DNA of 64,000 nucleotides from Pedosphaera sp. (GCA_031414955.1 JANOQV010000164.1:1-64000), one strand, 5' to 3'. Shown: positions 1 to 11,318, counted from the first letter of the stretch. Notes: generated by a model from the letters alone, not told the origin. A program made the numbers and translations.

Positions 1-87
1 CAGCAAGGTGATGACGCCGAGCGCGTTGGAAAAATCCACACCGGCCGCCTTTTCCACATGGCTGCGCCCGGGGACGGGCGCACTCCG
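1..87. repeat. REPIN-like palindromic element, truncated by window start (same family as 51487-51597)
   Basis: CAGCAAGGTG (1-10) and ACATGGCTGCGCCCGGGGACGGGCGCACTCCG (56-87) match 51510-51519 and 51567-51597 almost exactly. Confidence 0.8.
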
Positions 88-201
88 GGGTCAGTGGCCT
101 GCGCCGCCCAAACAACTTTTCAGACCGGCTCCAACCCCAAGTGGGCTGCGCGAACCCCGCAGGCCGGAACCAGATCGAGAGGCAGCGCGAAGGCGAACCG
201 C

Positions 202-2535
202 CTAGCCCGCCATCGCGCGAGCGATGGAGTTCCACCAACCGTCGTGCAGTTCGGCGAGCGGCGCGGCAAACTCGCCCTGGGCGGTTTTGATCTTCAATTC
301 GTTGCCGTCCACTTTGCCGATCTGTGCGGCGGGAATTGCTAGCACCTTGGCCTGACCCAGAACTTTGGCGGCATTGTGCGCCGTGGTGGAGATGACGATG
401 CGGCTCTGCGTTTCGCCGAAGAGGAGCGCATCAAGGCGCACATCCATGGCGGTGGACAAGTCGATGCTGGCCCCAATGAGCCGCGGCGTTTCGCGCGCGA
501 CTTGCTGGCTGATGCAGCTCTCGGCCAGCGCCACCGCCAGGCCGCCTTCGCTGCAATCGTGCGCGCTCTTGATCACGCCTTGGGCGATCCATCCGCGCAG
601 GGCGTCGTGCAAAGTTTTTTCCTTCTCCATGTCCAGGCGCGGAGGGGTGCCGGTCTTCTGGCCATGAATGACTTTCAGATAGGCCGAGCCGCCGAGGCCT
701 TGCAGCTTGTCGCCCGCGTCCACGATGTCGCCGAGCAGGAGAATCGCGTCGCCCTCGTCCTTGAACCATTGCGTGGTGATGTGCTCGGGCTTCTCGATGA
801 TCCCGACGACGGCGACCGTGGGCGTCGGATCAATCGGGCCGCTCGGACTTTGATTGTAGAGCGAGCAGTTGCCGCCGGTGACGGGCGCGTTGAAATGACG
901 GCAGGCGTCGGCCAGTCCGCGCACGGATTCCTTGAGTTGGTAGAACAGTTCAGGGTTATGCGGGTTGGCGTAGTTGAGGTTGTCGGTCGCACCCAGCGGC
1001 ACCGCGCCGGAGCAGGCGAGATTACGGCAGGCCTCGGCCACGGCGATTTTGCCGCCCTCGTATGGGTCGAGGTAAACGTAGCCGCCGTTGCAGTCCACGG
1101 AGATGGCGATGAGCTTGTCGGGAAAACTGCCGCCGGGACTCTCGGGCACCGAATCGTACTTGATGCGCAGCACCGCCGCGTCGCTGCCGGGGGCCACGAT
1201 GGTGTTGTCGCGCACCATGTAATCGTATTGGCGATAGACCCAGTTCTTCGAGGCGATGGTCGGCCAGGAGAGCAGCGCCTTGAGATTCGCGACGGCGTCC
1301 TTGGTATCGGTGAGGCCGTCGAGCGTGAACGCACGCACGGCGGCGAGATACTTCGGCTCGGCAGATTCGCGCTGATAGATGGGCGATTCGTCGGCAATCT
1401 TCTTCGCGGGGATGTCCACGATCACCTTGCCGCCGTGCCGCACGACCATGTGGCCCGTGTCGGTGACGAAACCAATCTCCGCCCACGGCAAATCCCACTT
1501 GTCGAAAATGCGCTGCACTTCGGCCTCGCGGCCCTTCTTCACGATGATGAGCATGCGCTCCTGCGATTCGCTCAACATGATTTCGTAGGAACTCATGTTC
1601 GGCACCCGCTGCGGCACCTTGTCCAACTCGATCTCGATGCCCGTGCCGGCGCGCGCCGCCGTTTCGCACGTCGAGCAAGTCAATCCCGCCGCGCCCATGT
1701 CTTGAATGCCGGCCACGCAACCAGTCGCGAGCAGTTCGAGGCACGCTTCGCAGACAAGTTTTTCCATGAACGGATCGCCCACCTGCACCGCGCCGCGCTG
1801 TTGCTGCGCGGATTCATCGGTCAAATCCTGCGAGGCGAACGCCGCGCCTGCGAGACCATCACGCCCCGTGGCCGGGCCGACGTAGAAAACAGGATTGCCA
1901 ATGCCCTTGGCCGCGCCGCGCGCGATCTGCTCATGGCGCAGCACGCCGAGACAGAACGCATTGACCAGCGGATTGCCCTCGTAGCTCTTGTCGAAATACA
2001 CCTCGCCCGCGAGCGTCGGGATGCCGAAGCAATTGCCGTAATGCGCGATGCCATTCACCACGCCGGAGAACAGGCGGCGGTTGTTGGCGATTTCCGCTTC
2101 CGTCCCGCTGCCGTGGCCATTCGTGATCGGCCCGAAGCGCAGCGAGTTCACCGCGCACACCGGCCGCGCGCCCATCGTGAAAATGTCGCGCACGATGCCG
2201 CCGACGCCCGTCGCCGCGCCCTGGAACGGCTCCACCGCGCTCGGATGATTGTGCGACTCGATCTTGAAGGCGATGGCGATGCCGTCGCCGATGTCGATGA
2301 TGCCCGCGTTTTCCTCGCCCGCGCCGACGAGAATCTTCGGCGACTTGGTGGGAAAAGTTTTCAGCAACGGCCGCGTGTTCTTGTACGAGCAATGCTCGCT
2401 CCACATCACGGAGAAGATGCCCAGTTCGGTGTAGCTCGGCTCGCGTCCGCCCAAGATGACCTTGGCGTGCTCGTATTCCTCGGGCGTGAGGTTGTGCTTC
2501 TTGACCAGTTCAGGAGTAATTGCCGGCTCGCTCAT
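202..2535 (-). CDS. purL: phosphoribosylformylglycinamidine synthase subunit PurL (small type)
   Basis: [47 protein letters not shown] and HDCSEGG motifs; 777 aa. Confidence 0.97.
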   Translation of the reverse strand: MSEPAITPELVKKHNLTPEEYEHAKVILGGREPSYTELGIFSVMWSEHCSYKNTRPLLKTFPTKSPKILVGAGEENAGIIDIGDGIAIAFKIESHNHPSAVEPFQGAATGVGGIVRDIFTMGARPVCAVNSLRFGPITNGHGSGTEAEIANNRRLFSGVVNGIAHYGNCFGIPTLAGEVYFDKSYEGNPLVNAFCLGVLRHEQIARGAAKGIGNPVFYVGPATGRDGLAGAAFASQDLTDESAQQQRGAVQVGDPFMEKLVCEACLELLATGCVAGIQDMGAAGLTCSTCETAARAGTGIEIELDKVPQRVPNMSSYEIMLSESQERMLIIVKKGREAEVQRIFDKWDLPWAEIGFVTDTGHMVVRHGGKVIVDIPAKKIADESPIYQRESAEPKYLAAVRAFTLDGLTDTKDAVANLKALLSWPTIASKNWVYRQYDYMVRDNTIVAPGSDAAVLRIKYDSVPESPGGSFPDKLIAISVDCNGGYVYLDPYEGGKIAVAEACRNLACSGAVPLGATDNLNYANPHNPELFYQLKESVRGLADACRHFNAPVTGGNCSLYNQSPSGPIDPTPTVAVVGIIEKPEHITTQWFKDEGDAILLLGDIVDAGDKLQGLGGSAYLKVIHGQKTGTPPRLDMEKEKTLHDALRGWIAQGVIKSAHDCSEGGLAVALAESCISQQVARETPRLIGASIDLSTAMDVRLDALLFGETQSRIVISTTAHNAAKVLGQAKVLAIPAAQIGKVDGNELKIKTAQGEFAAPLAELHDGWWNSIARAMAG

Positions 2536-2847
2536 CGAAATTCAGGTTAACAGTTCAAAACGAAACGTGGTCAGCATGGGTTGCGTGTTTGCGCGAGACA
2601 AGGAAAACGAATCCGCGCTCGACGCTGGCCGGGAGCACAGGAAGACGCGGGTTCAAATGACCACACCAGACCGGCAACTTTGAGGGAAGCGTGCCTTGGT
2701 CGGCTTGTCCGGCAGCCAATTCGTTAATGGTCAGTTTGGCGTGCGCGAGCTTGACGCGGCCGGAATTGGAACCACCCTGCCGCAGGCCGAGCAATTCTCA
2801 GCACTCCAGGTTTGGGAAAGGGCAAGGCCACGACTCTCACCAAAGAG

Positions 2848-2875
2848 AAAGGCCGGACAACAGGTCCGGCCTTTT
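2848..2875. terminator. intrinsic terminator-like hairpin
   Basis: AAAGGCCGGAC-aacag-GTCCGGCCTTT, 11-bp stem with T-rich tails on both strands. Confidence 0.45.
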
Positions 2876-3188
2876 CACACACGCTGCACCGAGAACAACC
2901 AAAGTGCAGCAACAACAAGAAGAGAGTAGCGGAGCCTGCGTCCCCGGCCAGTCCCCAGAACTGGGGAGGCCGGGGGTAATGCTCGGAGCGCTGGTTTTCC
3001 ACCCGCAGCCGCACCCAACCTCTAAGGACGCCCATAATTTCACCAGGCGTTCTGACGAAGCTGGCCTGCTGCGGGTTGATAACTCTCGCTCCGTTGGATT
3101 AAGCAACAGACCTGGTAATCACCCCCGACATCACCATACAGGCGACTGAGAACTAGCTTTCCGGACTGGATTCGCGCAGCGTTTTCCC

Positions 3189-4115
3189 ATGCTCCTGCGA
3201 ACACTGTGTCTGGCGGTCATGATCCTGCCTTGGCTGAGCGGTTGCGTCACCGAGCCAGCCCCGCGTAGACACCCCACGCTGGCCGAAGTGCTGGCCGCCT
3301 CCCGCCCCGATGACTGGCGGCCCCTCGACCCTCAGAACACGCTCTACTTGGAACTCACCAATGGCCGTGTGGTCATCGAACTAGCCCCGGCCTTCGCTCC
3401 TCGGCATGTGGCCAATGTGAAAACCCTCGCCCGTGAGCAGTATTTCGACGGACTGGCCATCGTGCGCGCGCAGGACAACTACGTGGTGCAATGGGCCGAT
3501 CCCAATGCCGAGAAGCCCGAACTGGCGCGCAAGCTCCAGCACGCCCAGAGGAATCTCCCCGCCGAGTTCGACCGCGCCATCGACCCAGCCCTGCCCTTCA
3601 CCCGCCTGCCGGATGGAGACGTGTATGCGCCCGAGGTCGGGTTCTCCGGTGGCTTCCCCGTCGCGCGCGATCCGCGCAGCAGTCGGACGTGGCTGGTGCA
3701 TACCTACGGCATGGTCGGGGCGGGCCGGGACAACGCCGCCGACAGCGGCGGAGGCACGGAGCTTTACGTGGTAATAGGCCAGGCCCCGCGCCATCTCGAC
3801 CGCAACGTGACGCTGCTCGGGCGCGTGGTTCAAGGCATGGAGTTGTGGTCGGCCCTGCCCCGCGGCCCGGCCCCGATGGGCTTTTACGAAAAGGCCGAAC
3901 AGCGTGTGCCCATCCAATCCATCTGCGTCGCCGCCGACGTGCCGGAATCCGCGCGCACTCCGCTCGAAGTGATGCGCACCGACACCGCCGCCTTCCAGCA
4001 ACTCATCGAAGCCCGCCGTAACCGCCGCGAAGAGTGGTTCCAAGTTCCGGCCGGAAAAATCGAGTTGAGCAACGTGCCGATTCCCGTGCGAACCAGAACC
4101 TCCTCTCCGCCATAG
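3189..4115 (+). CDS. cyclophilin-type peptidyl-prolyl cis-trans isomerase, probable lipoprotein
   Basis: lipobox-like [61 protein letters not shown]. Confidence 0.85.
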   Translation: MLLRTLCLAVMILPWLSGCVTEPAPRRHPTLAEVLAASRPDDWRPLDPQNTLYLELTNGRVVIELAPAFAPRHVANVKTLAREQYFDGLAIVRAQDNYVVQWADPNAEKPELARKLQHAQRNLPAEFDRAIDPALPFTRLPDGDVYAPEVGFSGGFPVARDPRSSRTWLVHTYGMVGAGRDNAADSGGGTELYVVIGQAPRHLDRNVTLLGRVVQGMELWSALPRGPAPMGFYEKAEQRVPIQSICVAADVPESARTPLEVMRTDTAAFQQLIEARRNRREEWFQVPAGKIELSNVPIPVRTRTSSPP

Positions 4116-4170
4116 TCAGAGCGCGGCACCTTTCATCCTTAATCCGCCCGACCCGGGCGCGGTACTCCTT

Positions 4171-4185
4171 TGGCACTCGGTTGGC
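4171..4185 (+). promoter_or_regulatory. possible sigma-54 (-24/-12) promoter upstream of dctA
   Basis: TGGCACTCGGTTGGC = GG-N10-GC with one mismatch to TGGCAC-N5-TTGC; dctA is sigma54-dependent in several proteobacteria. Confidence 0.3.
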
Positions 4186-4335
4186 CTCCGGGAAGATTTT
4201 CGGGGAACACTGTCTTCGCCCGCGCGAACGCATCGGAATTCCTCTGCGGATCGTGAGCTCGAAAGCCCCGTGACCGCGATCACACGATATTGCCACTCGC
4301 GCCGAAATTGGTTTCACCTCAATCTCGTGGGCGTC

Positions 4336-5622
4336 ATGACATCCCAATCCGATTCCAAGCCACCGCCGCGTAAGCCCTGGTATCGCATCCTCTACGTGCA
4401 GGTGCTGGTGGCGGTGGTCGCGGGCATCGTGATTGGCTGGCTGTTCCCCGGATTCGGCAAATCCCTCAAACCATTAGGTGATGGCTTCATCAAGCTGGTG
4501 AAGATGCTCATCGCGCCGATCATCTTCTGCACCGTCGTGCATGGCGTCGCGTCGATGAAAGACTTGAAGAAGCTCGGGCGCGTGGGGGCCAAGACGCTGT
4601 TCTACTTTGAAATCGTTTCCACGCTCGCGCTGGTCATCGGGCTGCTGGTGGTGAACGTCTTGCGGCCGGGCGACGGCTTCAACATCGATCCCAAGACGCT
4701 CGACCCGGCGCAGACGCAGAACTATGTGCAGACGGCGCAGCATCTGAGCACCGCCGACTTTCTGCTGAACCTCATTCCCTCGACGTTCTTCGGCGCGTTC
4801 GTGTCGGGTGATTTGTTGCAGGTGCTGCTCGTGTCGCTGCTGGCGGCCTTTGCCATCTCGGCCTTGGGCGAGCGCGGTGCGCCGGTCCTGCACGTCATTG
4901 ATCGCGCGTCGGAAATTTTCTTTGGCGTGATGCGGCTGGTGGTGAAGGTCGCGCCCATTGGCGCGTTCGGGGCGATGGCGTTCACGATTGGCAGCTACGG
5001 GCTGGGCGCGCTCGGCAAGCTGGCGGCGTTGATGGCCGGGTTCTATCTCACGGCCACGCTGTTCGTCGTCATCGTGCTGGGCGGCATCGCGCTGTGGAGC
5101 GGGTTCTCGATTTTCAAGTTCCTGAACTTCATCAAGGACGAAATCCTGCTCGTGCTCGGCACCAGTTCCTCCGAGACGGCGCTGCCGGGCCTGATCGACA
5201 AGATGAAGCGCCTGGGCTGCGCGCCCGCGACCGTCGGACTGGTCATCCCCACGGGCTACAGCTTCAACCTCGACGGCACGAACATCTACATGGCCATGGC
5301 GGCCGTCTTCCTGGCCCAGGCCACGAACACGCCGCTCAATCTCTCGCAGCAGATCGGTTTGCTGCTCATCGCCATGATTACTTCGAAGGGCGCAAGCGGC
5401 GTGACGGGGGCAGGCTTCGTTGCGCTGGCCGCGACGCTGGCCTCGGTGCCTGGCATTCCGATTGAATCACTCGCCCTGCTCATCGGCATCGACCGTTTCA
5501 TGAGCGAATGCCGCGCCGTCACGAACCTCATCGGCAACGGCGTGGCGACCGTGGCCATCAGCCGCTGGGAAGGAGAAGTGACGAGGGAAACTCTGCGCGA
5601 GAGGCTGCGCGCCGACCCGTAG
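4336..5622 (+). CDS. dctA: C4-dicarboxylate/H+ symporter (DAACS family)
   Basis: [56 protein letters not shown] at 4336 chosen. Confidence 0.93.
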   Translation: MTSQSDSKPPPRKPWYRILYVQVLVAVVAGIVIGWLFPGFGKSLKPLGDGFIKLVKMLIAPIIFCTVVHGVASMKDLKKLGRVGAKTLFYFEIVSTLALVIGLLVVNVLRPGDGFNIDPKTLDPAQTQNYVQTAQHLSTADFLLNLIPSTFFGAFVSGDLLQVLLVSLLAAFAISALGERGAPVLHVIDRASEIFFGVMRLVVKVAPIGAFGAMAFTIGSYGLGALGKLAALMAGFYLTATLFVVIVLGGIALWSGFSIFKFLNFIKDEILLVLGTSSSETALPGLIDKMKRLGCAPATVGLVIPTGYSFNLDGTNIYMAMAAVFLAQATNTPLNLSQQIGLLLIAMITSKGASGVTGAGFVALAATLASVPGIPIESLALLIGIDRFMSECRAVTNLIGNGVATVAISRWEGEVTRETLRERLRADP

Positions 5623-5713
5623 TGGCGGCGAAGGGCGGAAAAGTCTGCCGGAGCGCGCAAACACTGGATTTGTTTTTCTTCCGTGCCATAGTCCGCCGCG
5701 CGTAAAGCGACCC

Positions 5714-7174
5714 ATGCAAGAATATCCGAAGCATTATTGCGGTGTCTTTGGCATCTACGGCCATCCGAATGCCGCCGATCTCACTTACTACGGACTCTAC
5801 GCGCTGCAACATCGCGGGCAGGAGAGCGCCGGCATCGTCACTACCGACGGGAAACGATTCAACACCCACCGTGGCATGGGCCTCGTGTCGCAGATTTTCA
5901 ATGGCGACGTGCTGCCCAAACTCGTCGGCAGCATGTCGGTCGGGCACACGCGCTACTCCACGACGGGATCATCGAACATCACCAACGCCCAGCCGCTCAC
6001 GGTGGATTGCGCGAAGGGCCAGATCGCCATTGCCCACAACGGAAACCTGACGAACGCATCGCAGTTGCGTGAGCAACTCGAGGCGAAGGGGTCGATTTTC
6101 CAGACCACGGTGGATAGCGAGATCATTCTGCACCTGATGGCGCAGCCGAGCCTGAACGGCCACGCCAACAACCTCATCGACACGATGCGGCGCATCGAGG
6201 GTGCGTTCTCGCTCGTGATCATGACCGAGACGGAGCTGATCGGCGTGCGCGACCCGCATGGTTTCCGCCCGCTCTCCATCGGGAAGCTGGGGGATGGCTG
6301 GGTGTTATCGAGCGAGACCTCGGCGCTGGATTTGATTCACGCCAAGTTCGTGCGCGACGTGGAGCCGGGCGAAATTGTCATCATCGACGGGAGCGGTTTG
6401 CGCAGCATCAAGTACATGCCGGAGCATGAGCGGCGGGCGTTCTGCATTTTCGAGTACGTCTATTTCGCGCGGCCGGACAGCACGATCAACGGGCGGAATG
6501 TTTACAAGACTCGCGTGGAGATGGGTCGGCAGCTCGCGCGGGAGTGCCCGATCAAGGCGGACGTGGTCGTGCCCGTGCCGGATAGCGGCAATTGCGCCGC
6601 GCTCGGCTACGCGATGGAAAGCGGCATCACCTATGAGATGGCCTTTGTGCGAAACCACTACATCGGGCGCAGCTTCCTCCAGCCCACACAGCTCATCCGT
6701 GACTTCAATGTCCGGGTGAAGCTGAACCTGATCCCGGAGTTGGTGAAGGGCAAGCGTGTCATCATCGTGGATGATTCCATCGTGCGCGGCACGACCTGCA
6801 AGGCGCGGGTGAACAATCTCAAGGAAGCCGGGGCCACCGAGGTGCATGTGCTGGTGAGTTGCCCGCCGCACATGAACCCGTGCGTCTATGGCATCGACTT
6901 CCCGGACCGCAGCAAGCTGATGGCGGCGAACTACTCGCTCGACAACATCCGCAAGTACCTCAACGCCGACTCGCTGCACTACCTTTCGCAAGACGGCATG
7001 GTGAAGGCCACGAGTCTGCCGAAGAATTCCTTCTGCATGGCCTGCTACGACGGCAACTATCCGGTGCCGTATGATCCGGGGGTGGACAAGGAAATCATTG
7101 AGCGCCGCCGCGTGCGCCAGGAAACCTTCGCCGAGGCGCTGGAGAAGGAGCAGGCGCAGGGCCGGCTCTTGTGA
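5714..7174 (+). CDS. purF: amidophosphoribosyltransferase (Fe-S type, short propeptide)
   Basis: CGVFG, ALQHRGQESAG, GHTRYST, FEYVYFARPDS, VDDSIVRGTT, CMAC. Confidence 0.97.
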   Translation: MQEYPKHYCGVFGIYGHPNAADLTYYGLYALQHRGQESAGIVTTDGKRFNTHRGMGLVSQIFNGDVLPKLVGSMSVGHTRYSTTGSSNITNAQPLTVDCAKGQIAIAHNGNLTNASQLREQLEAKGSIFQTTVDSEIILHLMAQPSLNGHANNLIDTMRRIEGAFSLVIMTETELIGVRDPHGFRPLSIGKLGDGWVLSSETSALDLIHAKFVRDVEPGEIVIIDGSGLRSIKYMPEHERRAFCIFEYVYFARPDSTINGRNVYKTRVEMGRQLARECPIKADVVVPVPDSGNCAALGYAMESGITYEMAFVRNHYIGRSFLQPTQLIRDFNVRVKLNLIPELVKGKRVIIVDDSIVRGTTCKARVNNLKEAGATEVHVLVSCPPHMNPCVYGIDFPDRSKLMAANYSLDNIRKYLNADSLHYLSQDGMVKATSLPKNSFCMACYDGNYPVPYDPGVDKEIIERRRVRQETFAEALEKEQAQGRLL

Positions 7175-7273
7175 ATCCTGGAGGCCGGCTGATGCCCGCG
7201 CTGGTCAGGATGGGAACGGTTCCAAGCGCATGAACGCGGCTGACATCGAAGCTTCAGAAACTGGTCTCGGGTC

Positions 7274-8104
7274 ATGAAGTTCAGCATCATCACTCCCAGC
7301 TTTCGGAACTCCGCCTGGCTCCGGCTGTGCGTGGCCTCGGTGGCCGACCAGGGCATCGACCACGAACACATCGTGCAGGATGCCGGCTCGGATGATGGCA
7401 CGCTCGACTGGCTGCCCAAGGACAGCCGCGTGAAGGCCTTCGTGGAAAAGGACGCCGGCATGTACGACGCCATCAACCGCGGTCTGGCCCGCGCCCAGGG
7501 CGATCTCATCGCTTATTTGAACTGCGACGAACAGTACCTGCCCGGGGCCTTGCAAAGTGTGGCGGAGTATTTTGATTCGCACCCGGAGGTGGAGATGGTG
7601 TTCGGAGACGCGGTCGCCGTGGATACGCAGGGCGAATACCTGTTCCATCGAAAGATGCTCACTCCTCGGCTGTGGCATACCTGGACATGTCCGCTCGCGA
7701 CGCTCACGTGCGCCACATTTTTCCGGCGCAGTGTCATTGATGCGCGCCGCATTCTCTTCGCCCCGGAGTGGAAGATCATCGGCGACAACGAGTGGATGCT
7801 GCGGGTCATTCAATCTGGAGCACGTCAGGCCGTGCTGCGCCGCTTCACTTCCGTGTTCACGCAAACCGGGGCGAATTTGAGCCTTGATGCGCGAGCCGAC
7901 GAAGAGACGAGACGTTTTCGGGCGACGGCCCCGCGCCTGTCCCTCCTGCTGAGGAATCCGGTGTTGTTGCACCATCGGTTGCGTCGTCTGCTGGGGGGTG
8001 TCTATCAGCAGGAACCATTCAGCTTCCATCTCCACACGTTATCCAGCCCGGCGGCGCGGGTGCGCCACGAGGCCGCCCGTCCCACTTCTCGGTGGCGCTG
8101 GTGA
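7274..8104 (+). CDS. glycosyltransferase family 2
   Basis: FSIITPSF, DAGSDDGT, DAGMYDAINRG, YLNCDE. Confidence 0.9.
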   Translation: MKFSIITPSFRNSAWLRLCVASVADQGIDHEHIVQDAGSDDGTLDWLPKDSRVKAFVEKDAGMYDAINRGLARAQGDLIAYLNCDEQYLPGALQSVAEYFDSHPEVEMVFGDAVAVDTQGEYLFHRKMLTPRLWHTWTCPLATLTCATFFRRSVIDARRILFAPEWKIIGDNEWMLRVIQSGARQAVLRRFTSVFTQTGANLSLDARADEETRRFRATAPRLSLLLRNPVLLHHRLRRLLGGVYQQEPFSFHLHTLSSPAARVRHEAARPTSRWRW

Positions 8105-8373
8105 CGGTCTGGAAGACCGAACAGACGGTCCGGAAAAGCGGCGGGCAACGACCGGGACGGCCCCCGTCCGCGTGGCTCCAAGCGGCAGCGCGAATGAGCA
8201 GGATCCCTGCGCTCACCCCGCGCCTCACACAGGCCGCCCGCGGCCCCGGAGCGGAGCGGTGGTCGAACCACCACCGTCACCGGGGGGTGCCTCCTATTTT
8301 CAATCCTGCCCCACGCAAACAGCCCACTTCCCCATTGCCTGCCCCGTGGCCGCCTACCTACACTCCGCCCCGC

Positions 8374-9345
8374 ATGAAACATCAGCTCGATTTCGAGAAG
8401 CCGATTATCGAACTGCAACGCAAGCTGGACGAGCTGAAGAAGCATCCAGTCGCGCCCGGCCTCAGTTTTGAGGACGAGGTGGCCCAGATTCAGCGCAAGA
8501 TCGCCGCGACTCGGGAGCAGGTTTACTCGAACCTCACCGCCTGGCAGCGCGTGCAATTGGCCCGCCACCCCAATCGGCCCTTCACGCTCGATTACTTGAG
8601 TTCCACCTTCACCGGCTTCAGCGAGATTCACGGCGACCGGCTCTTTGCCGAGGACCGCGCCATCGTTGGCGGGTTCGCCAAGCTCGGCGAACACAAGGTG
8701 CTCGTGCTGGGCACGCAGAAGGGCCGCGACACCAAGGAAAACATCCGCCGCAACTTCGGCTCCGCGCACCCGGAAGGCTACCGCAAGGCCCTGCGCCTCA
8801 TGCGCCTCGCGGACAAGTTCGGCCTGCCCATCATCACGCTCATCGACACGGCGGGCGCGTATCCCGGCATCGGTTCCGAGGAACGCCACATCGGCGAAGC
8901 CATCGCCGTGAACTTGCGCGAGATGATGCTGCTCGAAGTGCCCATCATCGCCGTGGTCATCGGCGAGGGCGGCTCCGGCGGCGCGCTCGGCATCGGCGTG
9001 GCCGACCGCGTGATGATCATGGAGAACGCCTACTACTCCGTCATCAGCCCCGAAGGCTGCGCGGCGATTCTGTGGAAGGAACGCGCGGCGGCGGAGAAGG
9101 CGGCGGCAGCGCTCAAGATCACCGCCAAGGATTTGCACGAACTCGGTCTCGTCGATGAAATCATTCCCGAACCCCTCGGCGGCGCGCACAACGACCCCAA
9201 GACCACGGCGGAGAGTTTGAAGAAGCATCTGCTGACCCATCTCGAAACGCTCCAGCAACTCTCCGTCGAGGAACGCCTCAAGCAGCGCTACGCGAAATTC
9301 CGCGCCCACGGCCATTTCACGGAGAAGCAGAAGGCGGCGGCGTAG
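8374..9345 (+). CDS. accA: acetyl-CoA carboxylase carboxyltransferase alpha subunit
   Basis: LDFEKPI, ARHPNRP, PEGYRKALRLM, IDTAGAYPG, GEGGSGGAL, YSVISPEGCA; ATG at 8374. Confidence 0.97.
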   Translation: MKHQLDFEKPIIELQRKLDELKKHPVAPGLSFEDEVAQIQRKIAATREQVYSNLTAWQRVQLARHPNRPFTLDYLSSTFTGFSEIHGDRLFAEDRAIVGGFAKLGEHKVLVLGTQKGRDTKENIRRNFGSAHPEGYRKALRLMRLADKFGLPIITLIDTAGAYPGIGSEERHIGEAIAVNLREMMLLEVPIIAVVIGEGGSGGALGIGVADRVMIMENAYYSVISPEGCAAILWKERAAAEKAAAALKITAKDLHELGLVDEIIPEPLGGAHNDPKTTAESLKKHLLTHLETLQQLSVEERLKQRYAKFRAHGHFTEKQKAAA

Positions 9346-9361
9346 GGGCTGAGTCGCCGCC

Positions 9362-9856
9362 ATGAACATCAACAAGAGCACTCGCCACTCAAAGCTTGCT
9401 GGCGATTTCGGTGAGACGCTCGTTCTTTATTGGCTCTCAAAATACGGATTTGAATGCGCCAAGGTTGACCATACGGGCATTGACCTCATCGCTCGTAATC
9501 CTCACACGAAAGAAGTGCTGGGAATTTCCGTCAAAAGCCGGACACGAAAACTCGGCACAGAGAAGGTATCCGTCAATCTCCCAGCAGACGATATAGACAA
9601 GATTTATGCCGCTTGCACGTCATTCAATTGCGTGCCCTATCTCGCTGTGATTGTTGACGCTGGCATTACGATTCGCGTGTTCATCACTTCTGTCGCACAC
9701 GCGCTGGAGTTGTATCCACGCACATCCGCTGGTTCAGGTTGGAGAATGTCGCATGCCCATTTGGCAAAATATGCGGATGACCCACAAGTGGTGACTTTCG
9801 AGTTGCAGATTAAGCACGGTCGGTGGTGGAAAGAGCCGACTGGGATTTCAAGTTGA
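9362..9856 (+). CDS. PD-(D/E)XK-fold nuclease-like protein (Hjc/YraN-like)
   Basis: GDFGE...L...GF, GIDLIA, ISVKSR motif order; visibly more AT-rich than the flanks. Confidence 0.65.
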   Translation: MNINKSTRHSKLAGDFGETLVLYWLSKYGFECAKVDHTGIDLIARNPHTKEVLGISVKSRTRKLGTEKVSVNLPADDIDKIYAACTSFNCVPYLAVIVDAGITIRVFITSVAHALELYPRTSAGSGWRMSHAHLAKYADDPQVVTFELQIKHGRWWKEPTGISS

Positions 9857-9948
9857 CCCAAATCCTTAGCCCCGAATGGGTGACATTCATCAGCCCTGAG
9901 CCACGCCGGGCCACGGGTCCAGCCCTGCCAGGGCGTCACCCGGCTCCA

Positions 9949-10122
9949 CCGTGGCGGCAGGCGTCCCGCCTGCCGTAGAGCCGTGGCGTCCCGCCCGGCG
10001 GAAAAAGCGTGGCTGTGGCCGAGGGCGTTGGAATTTTCTTCGCGCCTCAGAAAAGTTCGCGGCCCATTCCGGGCGGCGAGACGCCAGCCCTCTACGTCAG
10101 GCGAGGACGCCTGACGCCACGG
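9949..10122. repeat. REPIN-like nested inverted repeat
   Basis: CCGTGGCGGCAGGCGTCCCGCCTGCCGTAGAG ... CTCTACGTCAGGCGAGGACGCCTGACGCCACGG; each arm also self-complementary. Confidence 0.75.
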
Positions 10123-10212
10123 CGGCAGCAGACGCGCCCCGCTCCACAATCGCTCCGTTGCCGCGTCGTCGTAAGCATTGCAGAAGTTGCCAGCAGAGCA
10201 GACACTACGAAC

Positions 10213-10419
10213 ATGAACCTGCACGTTGAGACAGAACAAGAGAGCGACGGGCGCTGGATCGCCGAAGTGCCGGAGATTCCCGGTGCCATGAGTTACGGGC
10301 CGACGCAAGTCGAAGCTGTGGCCAAGGCCAAGGCTCTTGCGCTGCGTGTGCTCGCGGATCGTCTGGAGCACGGCGAAGCGGTGCCGGAGATGAGCAACGT
10401 CTTTTCCGTCGCGGCATGA
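10213..10419 (+). CDS. hicB: HicB-family antitoxin (short)
   Basis: EQESDGRWIAEVPEIPGAMSYGPTQVEAVA; overlaps next gene by ATGA. Confidence 0.85.
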   Translation: MNLHVETEQESDGRWIAEVPEIPGAMSYGPTQVEAVAKAKALALRVLADRLEHGEAVPEMSNVFSVAA

Positions 10420-10631
10420 GCCAGTGGCCGAGCAAGAAAGCGCGGCGCGTTCTGGCCGCGCTATTGCACATCGGCTGGAGAATCAAGCGCGAGCGCGGCG
10501 GCTCTCATCGCATCCTCGAACGCGCCGGCTGGCCTGATTACGTCTTCTCCTTCCACGACGGCGACGAGATTGGCCCGCACATGCTGGCGCGCATCGCCAA
10601 ACACACCGGACTTACGCCTGATGATTTGTGA
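10416..10631 (+). CDS. hicA: HicA-family mRNA interferase toxin
   Basis: L..IGW...R.RGGSH...FHDGDEIG..ML.RI.K.TGL...DL; 71 aa. Confidence 0.88.
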   Translation: MSQWPSKKARRVLAALLHIGWRIKRERGGSHRILERAGWPDYVFSFHDGDEIGPHMLARIAKHTGLTPDDL

Positions 10632-10735
10632 TTCACACCCCACCGCAAAAGGTGGGCGTCACTCTCCCTCACTCCTTGGCTGGCCCGCAAAGAACCGAGC
10701 CTTGCCGCCAACGGGAAAGCGGCTAATCTCCCGGC

Positions 10736-10930
10736 ATGAGCACGCGCGAACTCATCGAGCAGGAAGTGAGCAAGCTCCCGGAGCCGTTGCAGCACGAGGT
10801 GTATGACTTCGCGCGCTTTCTGCGGCTCAAGTCGGACGAGGACAAGTTCAACGGCCTGCTCCTGAGCGAGACCGCGCTCGCTACAGACTGGAACACGCCC
10901 GAGGAGGACGCCGCGTGGGCAAACCTGTAG
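10736..10930 (+). CDS. DUF2281-like antitoxin
   Basis: LPEPLQHEVYDFARFL; LSETALATDWNTPEEDAAWANL; overlaps PemK gene. Confidence 0.8.
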   Translation: MSTRELIEQEVSKLPEPLQHEVYDFARFLRLKSDEDKFNGLLLSETALATDWNTPEEDAAWANL

Positions 10931-11244
10931 TCGGCGACATCGTGGTTCTTCCGTTTCCGCAAACCAACCTGCAAGCAGGCAAGCGCCGTCCCGCGCTCGT
11001 CGTGGCCAGCCTTGCCGGTGGTGATTTGATTCTCTGCCAGATCACCAGCCAGCCGCGCCCGGACGGACATTCCATCCCGCTGAGCGGAACTGACTTCGCG
11101 AAAGGGAAACTGGCCGTGACCAGCTTTGCTCGCGCGAACCGGCTGTTCACCGTCGAGCAGTCGGTGATTCTCTACATCGCCGCGCAGGTGAATGCCGCCA
11201 AGCTGGCCGAGGTGAAGACGCGCATCCGTGCCCTGTTCGCGTAA
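10915..11244 (+). CDS. PemK/MazF-family endoribonuclease toxin
   Basis: GDIVVLPFP, KRRPALVV, ILCQITS, RANRLFT. Confidence 0.88.
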   Translation: MGKPVVGDIVVLPFPQTNLQAGKRRPALVVASLAGGDLILCQITSQPRPDGHSIPLSGTDFAKGKLAVTSFARANRLFTVEQSVILYIAAQVNAAKLAEVKTRIRALFA

Positions 11245-11318
11245 ATGACCCTGGCTCATCGCTGAACCGTAGCCCTGGTCAAGCACCATGCGAAACGCAC
11301 CGCCTTAACCGTTAAACT

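Noticed and set aside
376..2550. Long antisense or alternative-frame ORFs (e.g. 376-2550, 16334-18163, 25858-27738, 28543-30639, 38762-40930, 42532-43752)
   Set aside because: They shadow well-supported genes in GC-rich DNA, are rich in R/A/G/H and show no recognisable motifs.
3050..3095. CTGACGA resembling a hammerhead ribozyme core
   Set aside because: No following stem plus GAAA element.
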